Positions 9,344 through 18,900 of a stretch of 46,108 nucleotides of DNA are shown piece by piece. Source of the DNA: Bacteroidales bacterium (GTDB taxonomy: Bacteria > Bacteroidota > Bacteroidia > Bacteroidales > GWF2-35-48); NCBI GenBank assembly GCA_036171035.1, contig JAVHQG010000200.1, positions 1 to 46,108 on the forward strand, written 5' to 3'. The translations under genes were made by a program, and so were the position numbers. Every line of letters begins with the position of its first letter. Within the stretch, counting starts at the first letter, position 1. Below the pieces are notes generated by a model. The model saw only the letters and a program-made list of their open reading frames with translations. It did no database searches and was not told the origin of the DNA.

Positions 9344-10849
9344 TTGGATATTGCGTTGAAAAATAATACTCGTATATTTTATATTGTATCATTAATTTTT
9401 ATAGTGATAAATACTGTATTTATTGCTTTTGAAAATTTCTATTTCAATCTGGTTCCTTTTGTGTTTCTTATTATACTGCTTGCTGTATTTGCTTTTGATA
9501 AGTTGGTTTTTTTAGTTGTTTTTTTTACTCCTTTTTCGATTCAACTTCGTGAGTTTTTGCCTCAAATCCCTATTGATATGTCATTGCCCACAGAGCCTAT
9601 TATGTTTGGGATTATGATCGTGTTTTTCATAAAGCTTATGCTGGAAAAAAAGTTTGATAGGAACATCTATATGCACCCAATTTCAATAGCTATATATGGG
9701 AATCTTGCATGGATATTTATTACCAGCTTAACCAGTACAATGCCTGTAACATCCATTAAATTTTTTATTTCAAGAATATGGTTTATTGTTGTTTTTTATT
9801 TTATCGCTACCCAGCTTTTCAGAAATTTTAAAAATATCAAAAGATATATCTGGTGCTACATAATTCCATTGTTAATGGTTATTGCGTTTACATTATTTCG
9901 TTTGTCGAAATATGGATTTTTTAATGAAAAAATGGCACACGAGGTTATGAATCCAATATATAATGATCATACTTCATATGCAGCAGTGATCGCAATGCTT
10001 GTACCTATTGTTTTCGGATACATGTTTTCTTCAGAAACGAAAGCTACGGGGAAACTGATTTTGTTGGCAGTATTAACTATTTTTATTATCGGGATAGTTT
10101 TTTCATATACACGTGCCTCGTGGGTCAGTATTGCAGGAGCATTGGTGTTTTGGGGAATACTTAAATTGAAAATTAAATTAAAGTATGTATTAACTATTGC
10201 TGTTGGTCTTATTGTTTTGTTTTTTGTTTATAAGCAGCCAATATTGATGAAGCTTGAAAAGAACAGGCAGGATTCATCTACAAATATTTCAGAGCATATA
10301 CAGTCTATTTCTAATGTATCTTCTGATGCATCTAATGTTGAACGCCTGAATCGCTGGAGTTGTGCTTTGAGAATGTTTGAGCAAAAACCAATTTTTGGTT
10401 GGGGACCCGGAACATATATGTTTAAATATGCACCTTTTCAGTTATCCTATGAGAAAACAATTATTTCAACCAATGCAGGCGATCGGGGGAATGCGCATAG
10501 TGAATATATTGGACCATTGGCGGAATCAGGGTTTTTAGGAATGATTAGTTTTTTGATTATTGTCTTTTATACTATTTTTACAGCATCGAAAATTTATAAA
10601 ACAAATCCTAATAAGGAGATACGAATAGTTGCTTTGATATTAATTCTAGGTCTTATTACATATTACATTCATGGTCTATTAAATAATTTTCTTGATACAG
10701 ATAAAGCATCTGCATTATTTTGGGGCTTTACAGCTATGATTGTGGCATTGGATGTGTATCATGGGAAAGTCAAAGATGGTTTAGGTAACGATATTAGTGT
10801 AACTCCAAAACCTGTTATTGCAGATTTTAAAATCATTGAAAAAAAATGA
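9344..10849 (+). CDS. O-antigen ligase / Wzy_C family polytopic membrane protein
   Basis: About 10 hydrophobic segments. YTRASWVSIAGALV and RLNRWSCALRMFEQKPIFGWGPGTY...GNAHSEY are typical Wzy_C/O-antigen-ligase loop motifs. The start is non-ATG (TTG at 9344) and the first ATG is about 78 codons in, so the start is uncertain. Confidence 0.75.
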   Translation: MDIALKNNTRIFYIVSLIFIVINTVFIAFENFYFNLVPFVFLIILLAVFAFDKLVFLVVFFTPFSIQLREFLPQIPIDMSLPTEPIMFGIMIVFFIKLMLEKKFDRNIYMHPISIAIYGNLAWIFITSLTSTMPVTSIKFFISRIWFIVVFYFIATQLFRNFKNIKRYIWCYIIPLLMVIAFTLFRLSKYGFFNEKMAHEVMNPIYNDHTSYAAVIAMLVPIVFGYMFSSETKATGKLILLAVLTIFIIGIVFSYTRASWVSIAGALVFWGILKLKIKLKYVLTIAVGLIVLFFVYKQPILMKLEKNRQDSSTNISEHIQSISNVSSDASNVERLNRWSCALRMFEQKPIFGWGPGTYMFKYAPFQLSYEKTIISTNAGDRGNAHSEYIGPLAESGFLGMISFLIIVFYTIFTASKIYKTNPNKEIRIVALILILGLITYYIHGLLNNFLDTDKASALFWGFTAMIVALDVYHGKVKDGLGNDISVTPKPVIADFKIIEKK

Positions 10850-11565
10850 TAAAAACTACTATTAAACGTTTATTATATTCGCTGCATATTGATCTTACGC
10901 AAAATCAAAAATACGACAGGCAGACAATTCGTATCATGAGAAGGGTTATTAAGCCAGGGTCAGCTTGCATTGATGTGGGCTGCCATAAAGGTGAAATCCT
11001 TGATGTGATGCTAATGCTTTCGCCTAAAGGGAAACATTTTGCTTTTGAACCAATTCCATTATTTTACAAAAAATTAAAAGAAAAATATACCCAAAACAAT
11101 GTGCGGATTTTCCCATTTGCATTGAGCGAAAAAAATGAAACCATTAGTTTTAATTATGTTGTAAATGCACCGGCATATAGCGGGATTAAACAACGAGACT
11201 ACGAAATAGCCGATCCACAGATAGAACAGATTGATGTTGAGGCAAGATTGCTTGATCATATTACACCTGAAGGTTTGAAATTTGACTTTATTAAAATAGA
11301 TGTTGAGGGTGGAGAGTATGGTGTGATAAAGGGTGCTATTAATACAATCAAAGAGTCTAAGCCATATATTATTTTTGAATGCGGACTTGGTGCTTCTGAA
11401 TACTATGGGAAAAAGCCTGAAGATGTATTTGATTTGCTTGAATCGGCAGATTTAAAAATCTCTTTGATGATAGATTTTCTTAATAATAAAGACACTCTAT
11501 CGAAAGACGAATTTTGTCGTAATTTCTACCAAAAGCTGAACTACTATTTTATTGCTCATCCTTGA
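10846..11565 (+). CDS. FkbM-family SAM-dependent methyltransferase
   Basis: Contains IDVGCHKGE, FAFEP, and IKIDVEGGEYGVIKGA (the FkbM signature). ATGA start/stop overlap with the upstream gene. Confidence 0.8.
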   Translation: MIKTTIKRLLYSLHIDLTQNQKYDRQTIRIMRRVIKPGSACIDVGCHKGEILDVMLMLSPKGKHFAFEPIPLFYKKLKEKYTQNNVRIFPFALSEKNETISFNYVVNAPAYSGIKQRDYEIADPQIEQIDVEARLLDHITPEGLKFDFIKIDVEGGEYGVIKGAINTIKESKPYIIFECGLGASEYYGKKPEDVFDLLESADLKISLMIDFLNNKDTLSKDEFCRNFYQKLNYYFIAHP

Positions 11566-11615
11566 TAAGACAGGTAGTTTGGTGATATGAACGTACACAA
11601 TACATCTTCCATTAT

Positions 11616-12011
11616 TTATACAACTTCTTTGAACGGGTTAAATATGGTTAAACCATTAACCTTTTTAAAATCTGATTCATTTCTGGTAACAAGAATGAAA
11701 TTGTTAATTAATGCAGTAGAAGCAATAATAGCATCAGGGGTTGCAGTCTTATTAATTTGCTTAATTTCTATTGTTTTGTCTTGAATTTCATTGTTAATAA
11801 AGAAAGTTTTTGAATACTTTATAAAATCAGCTATTCGGTCTTTTTCTTCTCCAGATATTTTACTCTAACCCAATACCTCAATTCTTGTAATTGTAGAAAT
11901 ATTAAAAGAATTCTTGAATATTTCAGTTAATTTGTTTTTTTGCTTTTCTGGTATTTTTCCATCAAGAAAATAAATAATTATGTTTGTATCAATTAGATAT
12001 TTCTTGTCCAT
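11616..12011 (-). pseudogene. PIN-domain (VapC-like) toxin gene interrupted by an in-frame TAG
   Basis: My manual translation gives MDKKYLIDTNIIIYFLDGKIPEKQKNKLTEIFKNSFNISTITRIEVLG*SKISGEEKDRIADFIKYSKTFFINNEIQDKTIEIKQINKTATPDAIIASTALINNFILVTRNESDFKKVNGLTIFNPFKEVV. PIN acidic motifs are present (DTN..., PDAIIA, TRN..DF). The TAG at 11865-11867 sits where homologues carry an aromatic residue (EVLG[YFW]). The gene overlaps the antitoxin 3' end by 19 nt. Confidence 0.8.
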
Positions 12012-12229
12012 TGTTCCCTTATATCTTTAAGTTCTTGTTCAATATCTAAATTCATACTTGAAATTAGTCCATAATATTTTTCAGGATTGAAATTAGTTTT
12101 TGATTTAGGTTTAATTTTATTATCAATTTTAGGAATATATTCTTTAATTTTTTCCCATAAACTTAATGGAACAACAACATATTCCTTGTTCCCTGATTGA
12201 TCATATATATAACTTAAAGTTGTTGACAT
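11993..12229 (-). CDS. Putative antitoxin partner of the PIN toxin (VapB/DUF2281-like)
   Basis: 78 aa. Its position immediately upstream of, and overlapping, the PIN gene fits an antitoxin. The C-terminal NPEKYYGLISS...DIEQELKDIREQW resembles antitoxins paired with PIN toxins in Bacteroidota. Confidence 0.6.
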   Translation of the reverse strand: MSTTLSYIYDQSGNKEYVVVPLSLWEKIKEYIPKIDNKIKPKSKTNFNPEKYYGLISSMNLDIEQELKDIREQWTRNI

Positions 12230-12269
12230 TTTATTAATTTTTTAAATATTTATATCAAAAAAACAAAAC

Positions 12270-12416
12270 ATGAGTCTACTCCGAAAAGTCGATTTTTATA
12301 AATTTTAGCATTTTTTACCCTTAATCCCTAAAGGGAAAACGCTGAAATTCAGTGTGCCTTTAAAGTCCCCTTTAGGGGATTTAGGGGTTAAAAGACTTTT
12401 CATAGTGTACTCAAAC
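12270..12416. repeat. Copy A of a ~148-bp palindromic MITE/REP-like dispersed repeat
   Basis: Aligns end to end with 42151-42298. A 53-nt block (12349-12401 and 42231-42283) is identical: tcagtgtgcctttaaagtcccctttaggggatttaggggttaaaagacttttc. Terminal inverted repeats are gagtctactccgaaaagtc / gacttttcatagtgtactc, degraded in this copy. Confidence 0.8.
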
Positions 12417-12437
12417 ATAGTTGATATGTGAATCATT

Positions 12438-13238
12438 TTATCCTCCAATATTGTAAAATTTATTATTGTTACTGTGGGTTCCACAGGGAGGCTTGTTTTC
12501 TAATACCAATCTGTATGCTTCTTCGATATTGTGCTCTCGAATACTATATCCTATATCGCTAAAAAGGCAAGGTTTAATGATTCCGTTGGAAGTTAAACGA
12601 ATCCTATTGCAATGTTTGCAATCTCCTCCATCTCCACCATCAACAACAGAAAATTCGCCTGTTTCCAGATTCATCCATCGAATGTAGCGAATGTTCAAAT
12701 GTTTTTCATCGCAGAATTTTTTTACCCCCAAAGCATCTGCTTCATCTTTAGATTTCCATATCACACAGTTAATCTTAATAGGGTTGAACCCAACTTGTAT
12801 AGCTGTCTCAATTCCACGTAATGCCTGCTTGAGATCTCCTCCACGTGTAATTTCTTTGTATTTTTCGGGATCAGTTGTATCTAAACTGATATTTATCCGG
12901 TGTAATCCTGCTGCCCATAATTCTGCTGCGTATTGTTCGAGTAATATTCCATTGGTTGTCATAGATAGGTCGTTAACCCCCTCAATTTGCGAAATCATTG
13001 CAACAAGGTTAATAATACCTTTTTTTACTAATGGCTCTCCGCCTGTAAGCCTTATTTTATCGATACCAAGCTTAACACCGGTTTTCACAACATCTATAAT
13101 TTCTTCAAAAGAAATGGAGTCAGAATGTTCGAAAAGTTGAATACCTTCTTTGGGCATACAATATTTGCAACGCAGATTGCATCTGTCTGTAACAGATATG
13201 CGGAGGTAATTAATATTACGGTTATATTTGTCTAACAT
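12438..13238 (-). CDS. moaA: GTP 3',8-cyclase MoaA (radical SAM), compact form
   Basis: YLRISVTDRCNLRCKYCMP provides the CxxxCxxC cluster. CKHCNRIRLTSNGIIKPC provides the C-x2-C-x13-C second cluster. A C-terminal Gly-Gly tail is present. At 266 aa it is shorter than the E. coli enzyme. Confidence 0.85.
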   Translation of the reverse strand: MLDKYNRNINYLRISVTDRCNLRCKYCMPKEGIQLFEHSDSISFEEIIDVVKTGVKLGIDKIRLTGGEPLVKKGIINLVAMISQIEGVNDLSMTTNGILLEQYAAELWAAGLHRINISLDTTDPEKYKEITRGGDLKQALRGIETAIQVGFNPIKINCVIWKSKDEADALGVKKFCDEKHLNIRYIRWMNLETGEFSVVDGGDGGDCKHCNRIRLTSNGIIKPCLFSDIGYSIREHNIEEAYRLVLENKPPCGTHSNNNKFYNIGG

Positions 13239-14397
13239 CTACTGATTCTCCTTTTTTAATAACTGAAACTCCCGGTTGAACCAACATAAATCCGTTGACT
13301 GTCGAGAGCGCATTGATATGGGCAGAACCATGATAATCTGCAATTGATATAGTATAATCAGGATTCAAACAAATGGGGACAATGCTTAATCTGTCGATAT
13401 TTTTTTTTGTAAAATCGGATGACAGGTTTAATCTTAAGTTTAAAGGGATGTATGTAGAGCCTGACATTTTGTAAATAAGTGGTTTTACTAACATTTCAAA
13501 TTGCACAAAAGACGAAACGGGGTTGCCCGGTAATCCAAAACAATATTGGGTTTCTTTTTGTGAAAAAACGGTGGGTCGTCCCGGTTGAACGGCAATGCGA
13601 TGGAAAAGGGTTTCAAAACCAAGTTCTTTTAGAACATCAGGAACAAAGTCGAAATCGCCCATTGAAACACCACCTGTAATAATTAAGAGGTTGCATTCTT
13701 GTAAAGCTTTTGAAAGTATCTCAATTATAGAAGTTTTATTATCTTCTGCAATGCCAAAATATTTAGCATGAGCACCTGCTTTTTCTATCTGTGCAATCAA
13801 TTGAAATGCATTGCTGTTTCGTATTTGTCCGCCTTTTGGTGTTTTCCATGGCTCCACCAATTCGTTTCCGGTAGAAATAACTGCTACTGTTGGTAATGTA
13901 AATACTTCAGGCTGTGTACATCCAACGGATGCTAGCATTGCAATGTGTTGTGCGCTGAGCCTTGTCCCCGTTTTTAAAATAATTTGTCCTTTTTTTACGT
14001 CTTCTGCTTTTTCACAAATGTTTTTAGCTGTGCTGTCTAATGTATATTGTATTTTCCCAGATGTTGTTTCTTTTGTATTTTCAACCATTAATACACAATC
14101 AGCACCTTCTGGAATACAAGCACCTGTCATGATTTTAGAACATTCACCAGTATTTATTTTCAATTTAGGAAGTTTTCCGGCAGGGATGATTTCAATAATT
14201 TTTAGTTCCTGCTTTATATCTTCCATTCGGCATGCATAACCATCAACCGCAGTTTTGTTGAACGGAGGCATATCAACATCAGAAATCACATCATGTGCAA
14301 GTACTCTGTCAACGCTCTCACGGAAATCAACACTTTCTATTTTTAAAAGTACGGGTGAATTTATAACTATTTTGTAGGCCTCATCAAATGTTATCAT
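13222..14397 (-). CDS. moeA: Molybdopterin molybdenumtransferase MoeA (gephyrin E-domain family)
   Basis: Contains PPFNKTAVDGYA, ISTGNELV, and LIITGGVSMGDFDFV...LPGNPVSS motifs. Overlaps moaA by 17 nt. Confidence 0.9.
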   Translation of the reverse strand: MITFDEAYKIVINSPVLLKIESVDFRESVDRVLAHDVISDVDMPPFNKTAVDGYACRMEDIKQELKIIEIIPAGKLPKLKINTGECSKIMTGACIPEGADCVLMVENTKETTSGKIQYTLDSTAKNICEKAEDVKKGQIILKTGTRLSAQHIAMLASVGCTQPEVFTLPTVAVISTGNELVEPWKTPKGGQIRNSNAFQLIAQIEKAGAHAKYFGIAEDNKTSIIEILSKALQECNLLIITGGVSMGDFDFVPDVLKELGFETLFHRIAVQPGRPTVFSQKETQYCFGLPGNPVSSFVQFEMLVKPLIYKMSGSTYIPLNLRLNLSSDFTKKNIDRLSIVPICLNPDYTISIADYHGSAHINALSTVNGFMLVQPGVSVIKKGESVDVRQI

Positions 14398-14420
14398 GGT
14401 AATGATTATATTTGAAATTG

Positions 14421-14445
14421 AAAACGCCGCATGAATGGCGTTTTC
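14421..14445 (-). terminator. Hairpin downstream of icd (probable intrinsic terminator)
   Basis: The sequence aaaacgcc-gcatgaa-tggcgtttt has a GC core flanked by A/T runs. It lies 23 nt past the icd stop codon. Confidence 0.5.
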
Positions 14446-14467
14446 ATAAATATTATTGAAAAATTAA

Positions 14468-15835
14468 TTATAGATTTTTTATGATTTCGTCAGCAAATTC
14501 TGATGTTTTTAATTTTGTAGCACCTTCCATTTGTCGGTGAAAATCGTAGGTAACTCGTTTGCTGAGAATGGATTTTTCGAGACCGGAAACAATCATTTTT
14601 GCTGCTTCGTTCCAACCCATATATTCAAGCATCAATACACCTGAAAGAATTAGTGAGCCGGGGTTTACCATATCTAAACCTGCATATTTTGGTGCTGTGC
14701 CATGTGTTGCTTCAAAAATAGCATGACCGGTTTCATAATTAATGTTAGCACCCGGTGCAATTCCAATTCCTCCAACTTGTGCTGCAAGGGCATCAGACAA
14801 ATAGTCGCCATTAAGATTTGCAGTAGCAACTATATCAAACTCTTCAGCGCGTGTAAGTGTTTGTTGCAAGGTAATATCAGCAATGCTATCTCTTAATAAA
14901 AGTTTGTTTTTCCACTGACCATTTCCGTGTGATGGCATTAATTTCAGAGTTGTTACTATTTCAGCTAAAATAGTGTTTTTCTGACTTTCGGTCATCATGT
15001 AAAAACCTGGTTCAATTAGTTTTGCATTTTCTTCGTTTGTGCAATTTGGGTTTTTATCTTTATTCCCAATGATCCAGCTTTCGCGTTCGGTGATAACAGA
15101 GTTTCTATAATTCTGAACACCTACTTCGTAACCCCATTTTTTAAATCCGCCTTCAGTAAATTTCATAATGTTGCCTTTATGAACAAACGTAACGGATTTT
15201 CTTTTTTTATCGAGTGCATATTTAATTGCTGCACTTGCTAAACGCTTAGATCCTTCTTCTGAAATAGGTTTAATTCCAATGCTTGAGCTTTCGGGGAAAC
15301 GAATTTTTGTAACTTTCATTTCCTCTTGTAAAAATTTGATGACTTTTTTTACTTCTGGTGTTCCGCAATTCCATTCAATACCTGCATAAATATCTTCAGT
15401 ATTTTCGCGGAATATAACCATGTCAACTTTTTCAGGATGTTTTACAGGGCTGGGTACGCCACTAAAATAGCGAACAGGTCTCAAACATACGTATAAATCT
15501 AATTTTTGGCGTAATGCAACATTCAGTGAGGTGATTCCTCCACCAATAGGTGTTGTGAGCGGTCCTTTGATGCCTACAAGATATTCTTTGAAGTTAGAAA
15601 GTGTTTCGTCCGGTAGCCATGAGCCTGTTTTTTTAAAAGATTTTTCGCCGGCAAGAACTTCTAGCCACGTTATGCAACGTTCTCCATGATAGGCTTTTGT
15701 GATAGCAGCATCAAATACTTTTTGTGAAGCTTTCCAGATGTCTGGACCAATTCCGTCTCCCTCGATGTAGGGAATAGTTGGGTTGTTTGGAACATTTAGT
15801 TGTAGGTTTTTGATAGTGATTTTATTTTTTTCCAT
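14468..15835 (-). CDS. icd: NADP-dependent isocitrate dehydrogenase
   Basis: Contains [57 protein letters not shown], and HGTAPKYAG. Confidence 0.9.
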   Translation of the reverse strand: MEKNKITIKNLQLNVPNNPTIPYIEGDGIGPDIWKASQKVFDAAITKAYHGERCITWLEVLAGEKSFKKTGSWLPDETLSNFKEYLVGIKGPLTTPIGGGITSLNVALRQKLDLYVCLRPVRYFSGVPSPVKHPEKVDMVIFRENTEDIYAGIEWNCGTPEVKKVIKFLQEEMKVTKIRFPESSSIGIKPISEEGSKRLASAAIKYALDKKRKSVTFVHKGNIMKFTEGGFKKWGYEVGVQNYRNSVITERESWIIGNKDKNPNCTNEENAKLIEPGFYMMTESQKNTILAEIVTTLKLMPSHGNGQWKNKLLLRDSIADITLQQTLTRAEEFDIVATANLNGDYLSDALAAQVGGIGIAPGANINYETGHAIFEATHGTAPKYAGLDMVNPGSLILSGVLMLEYMGWNEAAKMIVSGLEKSILSKRVTYDFHRQMEGATKLKTSEFADEIIKNL

Positions 15836-15897
15836 TGCCTTATTTATTTTGTTTAAATTAAAAATATTTTGTCGCGAGTGAGATCTTATAATAGTTA

Positions 15898-15929
15898 CAA
15901 ACCTACATGATTTTTAGATAATTTACAAA
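15898..15929 (-). promoter_or_regulatory. Bacteroidota-type promoter for icd
   Basis: On the minus strand: TTTG (15929-15926), a 20-nt spacer, then TAGGTTTG (15905-15898), about 60 nt upstream of the icd ATG. Confidence 0.45.
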
Positions 15930-15943
15930 GGCCATTTAAAGAA

Positions 15944-18900
15944 TTAAATAAATTTATCAATCATATTGATCAGAACATCAATTTTGATAGGTTTGATAAT
16001 GAATTCATCACATCCTGCTTGCTCGCATTTTATTCGGTCTTCTTCCATTGCATATGCAGTTTGCGCAATGATAGGGGTTTTGGGTAAAAAAGTTTTAATT
16101 GCACGAGTGGCATCGTATCCATTCATTTCAGGCATCTGAATATCCATCAGAATCAAGTTGATTGGCTGATTGGTTCTACATATTTCAACTGCTTCTTTTC
16201 CATTGAATGCGTGTATAATTTGAACTTTTGTCTTTCGTAGCAGTGTAGAAAGATATAGGAAGTTAACTTTATCGTCTTCAACAATCAGGATAGTTTTATT
16301 GCTCCAAACGAATTTTTGGTTGGTTACAATTTTATTTTGTTCGTATTGGATGAGTTCACTTACCGGAAGATAAGGGAGCTTAAATGAAAATATAGACCCT
16401 TGTCCCATTTCTGATTCTACAGAAATTGATCCATTCATCATTTCAACAAGATTTTTTGAGATGGCTAAACCAAGTCCGGTTCCGCCATAGTTTCTGGATG
16501 TGCTGTCGTCTGCTTGTCTGAATCGGTCGAATATAACGGCTTGTTTGTCTTTAGAAATACCTATACCTGTATCTTTTACATAAAAGCAAAGCATGTTGTT
16601 GTCTATAGTATAACCAAATTCAATGATGCCTGTTGATGTAAATTTTACGGAATTACTTAATAAGTTTGTAAGTATTTGTTTTAATCGCATATCGTCAATA
16701 AGCACAAATCCTGAATTGTTGTTTAGGGTTGTTTTAAGTTTAAGTTTAAGTTTTTTCTTTTCACGAAGATTAATGTCATTTTCAAAAAAAACATAAAGTT
16801 CCTGTAATACGTTATTCAATAGGCATTGCGTGCGATTGATTTTCATTTGTTTTGATTCTATTTTTGAAATATCAATAATATCATTTATGATGTTTAGCAG
16901 GTCTTTTCCGCGTTTACTGATGATGTCTATAAAATTCATTTTTTTATCTTCAGTAAGGTCGGTGCTTTTCAGCAGTTCCGTGAATCCAAGTATGGCATTC
17001 ATAGGCGTACGGATTTCGTGGCTCATGTTTGCAAGGAAAGTAGATTTTAGTCTGTCTGATTCTTCTGCTTTGTCTTTTGCTTGTTTTAGTTCTGTTTCAA
17101 TGTTTTTTCTTTCTGTAATATCGAAAATAATACCTCGCATACCAACAATTTTATTATTGATAAATACGGGGGTTGAACTTACAATTCCTGAAAAAGTTGT
17201 GCTATCTTTTTTAATAAACATGTATTCGTTTTGTATGGAGCTTTTGCCTTGCAATACTTCAATAATATGTGACATAGCCCGTTCTTTATCTTTTTCAACA
17301 ATACATGAAACAGCATTTAGTCCATTTTGAACATCTTCTTTTGTATAACCAAAAGATAGTAATGCTTGTCTGTTTACAAAAATAAAGTTGGCATTTGAGT
17401 CTATTTCAAAAATAGGTTGCGGCAAAAATTCTGTTAATTCCATATATTTTTGTCTGCTGGCTTTTAGTGCTTCCTCAGTCTCTTTTCTTCCTGAGATATC
17501 ACTGTGTGTGCCAACCATTCTTGTAATGTTTCCGGCTTCATCTGTCTGCATTTGTTTTCCGTGCGAAAGCATCCATCGGTAACTCCCATCTTTTGTTTGC
17601 ATCCTGTATTCTATGCTGAAAGTTGAAGTGTTGTCAGATATTTCATTTTTCATAGCATGTCGCACAGTTTCTTTGTCTTCATCATGAATCAGATTTATCC
17701 AGCGATTAAAATCCATGGGGAATTCATATGGTTCAAACTTAAGCAGAGTGTACCATCGAGGGCTTAAATAATTAACTGTATTTGTTGAAGGATTAAAATC
17801 CCACAGACCATCATTGGCTGCTTCAAGGGCAAATTTTAATTGTTCTTCACTTTTTCGCATAGCATCTTCGATATGCTTTCTTTCTGTGATATTTCTTGTT
17901 GTGCCTTGAATTCCGCTGACAATATTTTCCTCATTAAAAAGGAAGGTAAAACTTACTTCTCCCCACATGATGCTGCCATTTTTATGGTAGTGTTGCAGCT
18001 CATAGACAACAGCATAATTCTTGACGGGGATAATACCATTTTTAATTTTAAGAAGTTCTGCCTCTATGATATCATTTGTGATTTTTATTGCATTGCGTGG
18101 AAATTTTTTCTCAATGGGAAGCATTAGATATTCTTCAACTGTGTAGCCAAGATGTTTTTTTATGACAGGATTCAAGTATGTAAGGTTCATCTTCATATCC
18201 ATTGTCCAGATTATGTCTGAAGTTTGTTCTGCCAGTTGTCTGTATTTCTCTTCGCTTCTGATGAGTATCTTGGCTGTTTTATCTGCTTCGGTTATATCCT
18301 GCACATGAGTGATAAAATATAAAGGGTCTCCATTTATATTTCTGACCAAACTAATATCCAAATTTACAGAAATTATGTCTCCGTTTTTTTTAAGGTAGTG
18401 TTTTTGAAATTGCACATAACTTTTTTTCCCATTTATAAGGTCTTTATAAATAACATCACTATGATCAATGTCTTCAGGGTGTGTGATGTCATCAAATGTT
18501 TTTCCAAGAAGATCGTCACTGGTATATCCTAATATGTTGCAAAAAGCTTTGTTGCATTGCAGAATTTTTTTGTCTTTACCAACTATGATTTTTCCATAGT
18601 TTACATTCTCAAAAGCAGCCCTGAATTTTAATTCATTTTCTATTAAATGTTCTTCGAAATTTTTTCTTTCAGAAATATCAGTGTGGGTTCCTATGAGGCG
18701 TGTTATGTTCTGAAGTTCGTCCCAGGCAATGGCTTTCCCTTTCGATAAAATCCAGATATGGTTGCCGTTTTTTGTAATCATTCTGAATTCAATATGTAGT
18801 GATTTTGTTTTTTTACGGATATAATTTTTAAGATGTCTTTGAAACTTTTCAACATCACTAGGGTAAATTAACGAGATCATTTTTTCAAAGCTTACCGCGA

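Noticed and set aside
11587-11784. A 65-aa plus-strand ORF.
   Set aside because: It lies antisense to the well-supported PIN-domain reading frame and has no recognisable motifs. It is a shadow ORF in AT-rich DNA.
11865-11867. The possibility that the in-frame TAG in the PIN gene reflects stop-codon reassignment or programmed read-through.
   Set aside because: TAG terminates bioD (40217-40219) and thiC (40242-40244) at the expected protein ends, and no other gene in the window needs TAG read-through. A nonsense mutation is the simpler explanation.
12466-14239. Long plus-strand ORFs antisense to moaA and moeA (73, 69, 149, 66 and 142 aa).
   Set aside because: The opposite strand encodes proteins with unmistakable MoaA and MoeA motifs. 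The antisense ORFs are Ser/Pro/Ile-rich with no motifs, which is typical of shadow frames.
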